DNA of 64,000 nt, taken from the NCBI GenBank assembly GCA_965202985.1, contig CBDBCF010000001.1, positions 800,001 through 864,000 of the forward strand, in the 5' to 3' direction. Made by a program: the position numbers and the translations under genes. Source of the stretch: Longimicrobiales bacterium. Its GTDB lineage: Bacteria; Gemmatimonadota; Gemmatimonadetes; Longimicrobiales; Gaopeijiaceae. Every line of letters starts with the position of its first letter. Position 1 is the first letter of the stretch. The notes under the pieces were generated by a model that searched no databases, was not told where the DNA came from, and saw nothing but the letters and a program-made list of their open reading frames with translations. This document shows positions 58,901 through 64,000 of the stretch, piece by piece.

Positions 58901-60146
58901 CCAGCGCGGTGTTGGGCAAGCGCCAGGGGTTGGAACTCGGGCCGGCGTGCATCGAAAGTCGGTCCAGAAGATGCGTTCTCTCGTCTTCGTCAAAGACGCC
59001 GATGTCCCCGTAGGCCACGATGGCGACGGGATCAAGGTCGATCAGGAGCTTTCTGGCGTCGGGGCAAAGCGCGGCCAACCAAGCCGCCACACCTCTTAAT
59101 GGGGAGGGCACACCGCCTCCGGCCGTCAGCAAGCCAATCACGCGACGAAGGACCGCGCGCCCGGCGACGGCTTTCTTCAAGTGGCGGGCGGCCAAGTATT
59201 CGGCCACATGCTCGTGCACGGGCAAGTGCACGCCTGGCGTCGGCCGTTTCGGCACGAGTAGACCCGATTCCCAGGCCTTTCTCGTCCAGTCGCCATCGGG
59301 GTTGATGGCTTCGTTGATCAGTAGCACGCTGTCTGGGTCGGCCGCGTCCGAGCGGTCCCACGCGATCCCGTCTTTGTCCGTGAGCAGATAGAGCGCCGCT
59401 ATGCGACTGGCTGCGTCGAGAACTCGGGTAGGCGAAAGATTCTCCCGAACCGTCGGGTAGCGGAGGGCCGCCCGATGTTCGTCGTTCTCCTCGGTCGTCA
59501 GCGCAAGGCACGCACGCTCAAAGGTATCGACGCGACTCGCGGGCCACTCACAACCCTCACCCGTCGCCTTCATCAGCAACTCAAGCGTGAGCGGGTTGTC
59601 GAGGAGGCCGTGCAACATTCGGCTGTTCGCACTCTCGAAGAAGTCGAGGGCGGCGCTCCCCAAGCGGTGACCAAGGATGTCTCGTGCGTTCTCTTCCGTC
59701 AGCGGGTCGAGTTGCAGGATTGTGAGGCGCCCATAGCCCGGGATCGACCTGATGGCTTCTCGGTCGTTAGTGGCCAGCCACGCAGCCGAGCGGCAGGATA
59801 GCCTGGCGGGAGGGCCGCCTAGTCGGTCCAGACAGTCGAGAATGGAATCGAGAGGCTCACGCACATCCTGTTTTCCGGCCCGCACTTCGTCCAACCCATC
59901 AATGAACAGGGTCTTCCCCCGCCACTTTGACTTCGGATGGGAGTGGGCACGAGCTACTTCGCGAGCGGTCAAGTAGAGGGATTCGTCACTCCGCAAAGCC
60001 TCCGCCTCGAACGCGGTCGTCTTGCCCGCTCCGGGACTGCCCAGCAACACGTAGAAGCGCTCGTCGCGAAAGTCGGACAGCTTCGCCCCGGTCCTCGCTG
60101 GCTTGTCGTCCGAGCCGACCGCCGTCACGGTGCGCGGAACGATCAC
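55998..60146 (-). CDS. Large NACHT/STAND NTPase with C-terminal PD-(D/E)XK nuclease-like domain
   Basis: Walker A 'GSPGAGKT', Walker B 'LFIDGLDE', 'LSCR', 'NPL.L'; C-terminal 'RADI...IPIEIKK...NQL..KY'; lower GC; GTG overlaps the upstream TGA. Confidence 0.85.
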   Translation of the reverse strand: MIVPRTVTAVGSDDKPARTGAKLSDFRDERFYVLLGSPGAGKTTAFEAEALRSDESLYLTAREVARAHSHPKSKWRGKTLFIDGLDEVRAGKQDVREPLDSILDCLDRLGGPPARLSCRSAAWLATNDREAIRSIPGYGRLTILQLDPLTEENARDILGHRLGSAALDFFESANSRMLHGLLDNPLTLELLMKATGEGCEWPASRVDTFERACLALTTEENDEHRAALRYPTVRENLSPTRVLDAASRIAALYLLTDKDGIAWDRSDAADPDSVLLINEAINPDGDWTRKAWESGLLVPKRPTPGVHLPVHEHVAEYLAARHLKKAVAGRAVLRRVIGLLTAGGGVPSPLRGVAAWLAALCPDARKLLIDLDPVAIVAYGDIGVFDEDERTHLLDRLSMHAGPSSNPWRLPNTALVGLVNSGTMNDLFGYMVGSDRSDDVQKTMTLLLRGVAAIPLQCDQISGKDLLATARDPTWSLSVRHSALAAAIKLPSNPEEITTRLQLLQDVNEGSVDDPSGNIQMWLFRNLYPDHIPPDEAWRWVPMPFPRTLAPVLPRRLSPERCRELLDALHTRSAKADYVWDWSLAYLTWELLARVIEAHGESLGVTELYDWIKLAAYDPATRMWDRSHGDADRLKQTLLAADVPGGPDRVLPGAPRVQVWLAERPSIQKELLRLHLLPPTRGEDGRDHDARIFGATAFWKIVSCAGRPADFRQWCLRKALAVAGTDEDVAHWLVSFAVQPIRRSMPAGEWLPTALELVGNAAILADQLKAMAEHDRIAKDRELAYSTRRTDQKRQLAGQVLQHRNALLAGTGPEELLVELGQVYCGGFGGAPADGEERLRAELASSDDATDVALNALVRAATSDAGPKIPEIVKLDGEGKFFGWCMPFLAGLDVMERRGEHIPSVLGEGLERAVWFFLAKPLDDRSEMPAWFADVLESRAKMVASILAELHRNRIRAKWDNSALLYKMTMDERYRHAARLALPDLLKAFPAKGYGAQLPLLHQVLVAAIRHVPEDVAPRVRNRMAIRNMNAAQRITWLGAGVAVAPDEFALDAVAFIEEGRDARRKHLENILYAVSEARGNKPLFDVATEAEATAVALLVNTLGRKHLPYWSVFKIQTAEKARIVDDAITLVKHMIECLAKNPTRVASLELDCLSNDRNLTNWHSALKDALERQKALHYRTERRIPAVEEVEEVLRDGPPANAADLAALIVDRLERLGRDIRHSSTDDWQEYWQTERRPPSPQDEDYCRNRLLSALRWRLPDGVDVRREASYADNTRADIRVCFDSHAIPIEIKKSSNRELWSAMRNQLMKKYVRDPESAGHGIYVVLWFGAGGAERVKTPPKGPRPKDPEELARRLEEELSDDERHRVKVVVIDVSRPEST

Positions 60147-61384
60147 GTCCAAGCCTCATCCAGCCAAAATGACGCTGGTTCCCACAAGAATTCGTCAAGG
60201 GGCACCCCACCGCCTCCTACAACCAGCGTCCGGGCCTTCGGGAAGCGCTGCTTGAATGCCCGGAGGCCCCTCAAAGTCCCGTGCGTCTGCCCACTCTTGA
60301 CTTCGATTCCGAGCACGCGGGGGCCTCGCGTCAGCACGAAGTCCACTTCCTCGTCGCGCTCTCGCCAGTAGTGCAATGTTGCCGCAGGCGAAAGCGTGTT
60401 GTAAAGATGAGCCCCGACGACGCTTTCCACGACTCTGCCCCAGAGCGTCTTGTCGACCTTGGCCTCGTCGGGAGCGTATCCCCGGGCCGCCGTCATGATC
60501 GCCGGGTCGAGCACATTCAGCTTGGGGCTCGATCCCCGTCCGGCACTCGGCGGGTACCTGGACAGCCCGGCCGCTAGTCCGGCGTTGCCCAGCAGCTCCA
60601 GGTAGCGGGCCAGCGTCGTCGTGTTGCCGGCGTCCTTCAGCGGGCCGAGCATCTTGTTGTAGGAAAGAATCTGACCCGAGTAGCGGGGAATCAGGTCCAT
60701 CAGGCGTCGCAGCAGGGCGGGCTTGTCGACTCTCGTGAGCGAAAGGATGTCCTTGCCGATCGTCGGTCCGACGATCGACTCCACGATGTATTGCCGCCAC
60801 TTCTCCCAGTTCCGCCTCCACTGTGCCGCGTGCGGATAGCCTCCGAAGTACAGGTAGTCGTCCATGGAGTAGTCGAAGGCCGCCATCTCCCGCAGCGACC
60901 ACTGCCGGACATGCACCGGCATGAAGCGGCCCACCAGGCTCTCGCCGATTCCGGTGAGCATGTCCCACGGAGCGGAGCCCAGCGCGATCACGCGCAACCG
61001 ACGGCCCTCCTCCCGGTCCCTGTCCCACAGTCCCTTCACCACTCGCGACCAGTCCTTCACGTGCTGCACCTCGTCGAGTGCCAGGACGAACCCCCGCTCG
61101 TTCAGTCGCGCTTCCTCTCGGGCGGCTCGCCAGACGCTGATCAGCCACTCCGCGTCGCGCCTCCCCGGGCTACCGGACCAGGGAGCCGGCTCGTCGGCGT
61201 CGGGATCGTCCACGGCGATGTGCCAGCCGGGGATGCGCTCCCGTCGCAGAGCGCGCAGGGCGTGGCGCACGATCGTGGTCTTGCCCGTCTGCCGGGGGCC
61301 GACGACGGCTACGATCGGTGCGGACTCGCCCTTGTCCAGCAGGTCGAGGACCTCGGCGACGTGGCGTCTCTGGAAGGTGCTCAT
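60143..61384 (-). CDS. AAA_14 + DUF4143 ATP-binding protein
   Basis: 'GPRQTGKTT', 'LDEVQ', 'ESLVGR', 'GGYP', 'YWR...EVDFV...IEVKSG'. Confidence 0.92.
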   Translation of the reverse strand: MSTFQRRHVAEVLDLLDKGESAPIVAVVGPRQTGKTTIVRHALRALRRERIPGWHIAVDDPDADEPAPWSGSPGRRDAEWLISVWRAAREEARLNERGFVLALDEVQHVKDWSRVVKGLWDRDREEGRRLRVIALGSAPWDMLTGIGESLVGRFMPVHVRQWSLREMAAFDYSMDDYLYFGGYPHAAQWRRNWEKWRQYIVESIVGPTIGKDILSLTRVDKPALLRRLMDLIPRYSGQILSYNKMLGPLKDAGNTTTLARYLELLGNAGLAAGLSRYPPSAGRGSSPKLNVLDPAIMTAARGYAPDEAKVDKTLWGRVVESVVGAHLYNTLSPAATLHYWRERDEEVDFVLTRGPRVLGIEVKSGQTHGTLRGLRAFKQRFPKARTLVVGGGGVPLDEFLWEPASFWLDEAWT

Positions 61385-61421
61385 GATCGGAAGGTAGTGG
61401 AGATTCGACCGGAGGGGAAGG

Positions 61422-61445
61422 TCATTGAGTAAAGTCACTCAATGA
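61422..61445. promoter_or_regulatory. Perfect AT-rich inverted repeat, putative operator
   Basis: TCATTGAGT-AAAGTC-ACTCAATGA. Confidence 0.6.
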
Positions 61446-61464
61446 TATGGTTTTGGAGTTCGCG

Positions 61465-61495
61465 AAGTCGGGCCGATCCAGCTATCCAAACGCCC
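61465..61495 (+). promoter_or_regulatory. 31-bp motif shared upstream of both Rpn genes
   Basis: 27/31 identity with the reverse complement of 37629-37659. Confidence 0.65.
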
Positions 61496-61603
61496 AATTT
61501 CCGGGTGCACCTTGCTTCCGGCCCGGCCATTTCTCCCGGGCCCGGAGCGCCCCCCAGGGGTCTCCGCGAACCCGCGAACCCCGCACCCACAGGAGGCCCC
61601 CCG

Positions 61604-62611
61604 TTGCCCGACTCCCACCACGACAACCCCCGCCCACCCCGCCGCAAGCACGACGAGGTCTACAAGTTCTTCTTCTCCCAGGCCCCCACCGTCGCCGAAC
61701 TCCTCCAAGACTACCTGGCCCCCGACTGGGCCGACCAACTCGACCTCGACTCGCTGCGCAAGGTTACCCCGGAGCACGTCGGCTCCCAGCTCGAACGCCG
61801 ACAGGCCGACATGATCTGGCGCGTCAACTTCCGACACCGCCCCGGATTCGTGGTCCTGCTCCTCGAGTTTCAGTCCCGCGTTGACCCCTCCATGGCCGCC
61901 CGCGTCCTCCGCTACGTCGCCGACGCCTACGACAACCTGATCCGCGAGACGCCGTCCGGCGCCGACCACCGGCTGCCCCCCGTCGTCGTCTGCGTCGTCC
62001 ACAACGGCCCCCGTCCTTGGGACGCCCTCCTCGACATCGCCGACCTGATCTCGCCCACGCTGCCCCAGTTGCGCGACCTCTCGATCCGGCTGCCCTACCA
62101 GGTGCTTGACATGCGGGTGCCGCCCGGGCGAAGCTTGCGGAAGCGGCGCATCCTGACTTGGTTGAGGGAGCTCGAGCGGGACGGCAGCACGGCGAAGGTC
62201 CAGGCCGTGCTGGACGAGGTGCTGGAGGCGTACCCGGGTCCCGAGCACGCAGGGATCGCGGAGGCGTTCGCGCTGTGGGCGATAGGCGCGGCCCGGATGT
62301 GGGGCCGTTCGGAAGAGGAACTGTCGAAGATCACCAGTTTGACGGAGGCGAGAAACGTGTACACGCAGATCGAAGAAGAGATGGCAAGGCTGCGGGACGA
62401 GGGCCACCGGATAGGCCACCGAAAAGGGCACCGGGAGGGATCCAGGACCGTCTTGGAGCGCCTGGTGGCCAAGAAGTTCGGCGCGGACGCGGCCGCGCAG
62501 TTTTCGGGCGTGGTCGGCGACTTGGATGGACGCGACCAGCTGGACGCGGCGGCGGACGCCGTCATCGAGTGCGACACGGTCGCGGAGCTGATCGCCCGGA
62601 TCGCCAACTAA
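61604..62611 (+). CDS. Rpn family (YhgA-like) nuclease
   Basis: AGGAGG + TTG; 'HDEVYKFFF', 'RQADMIW', 'LLEFQSRVDPSMAAR', GHR repeats, 'KKFG'. Confidence 0.9.
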   Translation: MPDSHHDNPRPPRRKHDEVYKFFFSQAPTVAELLQDYLAPDWADQLDLDSLRKVTPEHVGSQLERRQADMIWRVNFRHRPGFVVLLLEFQSRVDPSMAARVLRYVADAYDNLIRETPSGADHRLPPVVVCVVHNGPRPWDALLDIADLISPTLPQLRDLSIRLPYQVLDMRVPPGRSLRKRRILTWLRELERDGSTAKVQAVLDEVLEAYPGPEHAGIAEAFALWAIGAARMWGRSEEELSKITSLTEARNVYTQIEEEMARLRDEGHRIGHRKGHREGSRTVLERLVAKKFGADAAAQFSGVVGDLDGRDQLDAAADAVIECDTVAELIARIAN

Positions 62612-63201
62612 CCCAGCCAAGGTCTCTCCGCTGTCGGCGACGGCCCGGACCGCGGGTCGCCGTCGAGCGGCATCTGTGGGGTGCGGGACGGCGGCACGGC
62701 GAAGGTCCGGGCCGTGCTGGACGAGGTGCTGGCGGCGTACCCGGGTCCCGAGCACGCGGGGATCGCGGAGGGCGTTCGCGCTGTGGGCGTTGGGCGCGGC
62801 GCGGCAGTGGGGCCGTTCGGAAGAGGAACTCTCGGAGATCACCAACTTGACGGAGGCGAGACAGATGTACACGCAGATCGAAGAAGAGATGGCAAGGCTG
62901 CGGGACGAGGGCCACCGGATAGGCCACCGGATGGGCCACCGAAAAGGGCACCGGGAGGGATCCAGGACCGTCCTGGAGCGCCAGGTGGCCAAGAAGTTCG
63001 GCGCGGACGCGGCCGCGCAGTTTTCGGGCGTGGTTGGCGACTTGGATGGACGCGACCAGCTGGACGCCGCGGCGGACGCCGTCATCGAGTGCGACACGGT
63101 CGCGGAGCTGATCGCCCGGATCGCCAACTAACCCAGCCAAGGTCTCTCCACTGTCGGCGACGGCCCGGACCGCGGGTCGCCGTGGAGCGGCATCTGTGGG
63201 G
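62176..63201. repeat. Tandem duplication of the Rpn 3' half plus downstream hairpin (62176-62681 and 62683-63201)
   Basis: Near-identical blocks; copy 2 has an extra G near 62771 and one extra 12-bp unit. Confidence 0.95.
62865..63131 (+). CDS. Stand-alone Rpn C-terminal module (putative RpnS-type antitoxin, 88 aa)
   Basis: GGAGG-N8-ATG; frame intact to TAA. Confidence 0.65.
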   Translation: MYTQIEEEMARLRDEGHRIGHRMGHRKGHREGSRTVLERQVAKKFGADAAAQFSGVVGDLDGRDQLDAAADAVIECDTVAELIARIAN

Positions 63202-63260
63202 CGACCTGCGCTTCCGGCGGTGACCGGTACTCGGCGGCTGGACCGCTGGGTGCCGCTCGC

Positions 63261-63380
63261 CCGAGCATGTCGGCCTCCAAGCTCGCACGCCGACAAGCCG
63301 ACATGGTGTGGCGCATCAACTTCCGCCATAGCCCGGGACCTTGCCCCGGCGAAGCCTTGGGGAAGCGGCGCATCCTGGGT
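63261..63380 (+). pseudogene. Degenerate Rpn remnant
   Basis: Similar to ~61770-61846 ('RRQADMVWRINFRH') joined to a block similar to ~62121-62156. Confidence 0.75.
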
Positions 63381-63594
63381 ACTCCACTGCCGATCGAAAG
63401 CAAGACGAATCGACGCATATACAACTGACGATTGGCCGATTCCCAAAGACAACTACACAAAGCCACAAGCACGACCGCCTCGTGATCGGATCATCCCAAA
63501 ACCGACGATTGGCCGAAGCATTACCTTACGATCAGCCGAAGTTCCGCCGGGGACAACCCGAACCCCTCGTGTCCAAGGTCAAGCCGATCAGCCG

Positions 63595-64000
63595 ATGATC
63601 CCGCACACCGACCTCTACCCACGCCACGCCGCCCGGCCGCTCGCCGACGCTCTGGCCTACTCGCCCGCAGCGCTGGTCCACGGCCCCCGCCAGTGCGGCA
63701 AGACGACCCTGGCCCGGTCCGTCGGCGGCCCCTTGGGCTACTCCTACGTGAGCTTCGACGACGACGTGGCGCGCCTGACGGCGGAAGCCGACCCCGCCGG
63801 CTTCCTGTCCGACCTGCCGGAGCGGGTCGTGCTGGACGAAGTGCAGCGCGTGCCTGGGCTCTTCGCGGCACTGAAGGTTGCAATCGACCGTCGCCGGACC
63901 CCGGGCCGCTTCATCCTCACGGGCTCGTCCAACGTCCTGCTTGTCCCGAGGCTCTCGGACTCGCTGGCAGGACGGATGCACGTCCTTCGGCTGCACCCGC
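63595..64000 (+). CDS. AAA_14 (DUF4143-type) ATP-binding protein, truncated by the window end
   Basis: Manual translation: 'GPRQCGKTT', 'LDEVQRVP', 'FILTGS', 'DSLAGR'. Confidence 0.9.
   Translation, partial: MIPHTDLYPRHAARPLADALAYSPAALVHGPRQCGKTTLARSVGGPLGYSYVSFDDDVARLTAEADPAGFLSDLPERVVLDEVQRVPGLFAALKVAIDRRRTPGRFILTGSSNVLLVPRLSDSLAGRMHVLRLHP

Overview
High-GC bacterial chromosomal window; gene content and order suggest Gemmatimonadota, which is an inference. The backbone is mostly minus-strand housekeeping genes: mutS2-dnaG-Zn-ribbon-recJ-rsmD-coaD-pta-RsbV/W/U-like-rsmA, and trpS-DHDPS-purA...ffh-rpsP-rimM-trmD...rplS-rnhB. There is one tRNA-Lys(TTT) and many secreted hydrolases. Accessory patches: (1) ~21.2-27.5 kb has a PafBC-like WYL pair with mirror-image PafBC-type promoter motifs, a divergent frameshifted lipoprotein gene, and a convergent RNA ligase-methyltransferase-endonuclease unit whose nuclease is broken by an exact 8-bp tandem duplication. 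(2) An Rpn-family gene plus two orphan genes sit between trmD and rplS. (3) A tandemly duplicated SGNH-like gene carries a G24 tract in one copy. (4) A putative defence island at 56-64 kb holds an AAA ATPase coupled to a 1382-aa NACHT/STAND protein with a C-terminal nuclease, an Rpn gene with an internal ribosome-binding site, a duplicated stand-alone copy of that gene's C-terminal module, and a second AAA ATPase. No CRISPR array, rRNA or integrase was seen. All calls come from reading motifs by eye; no database searches were run.
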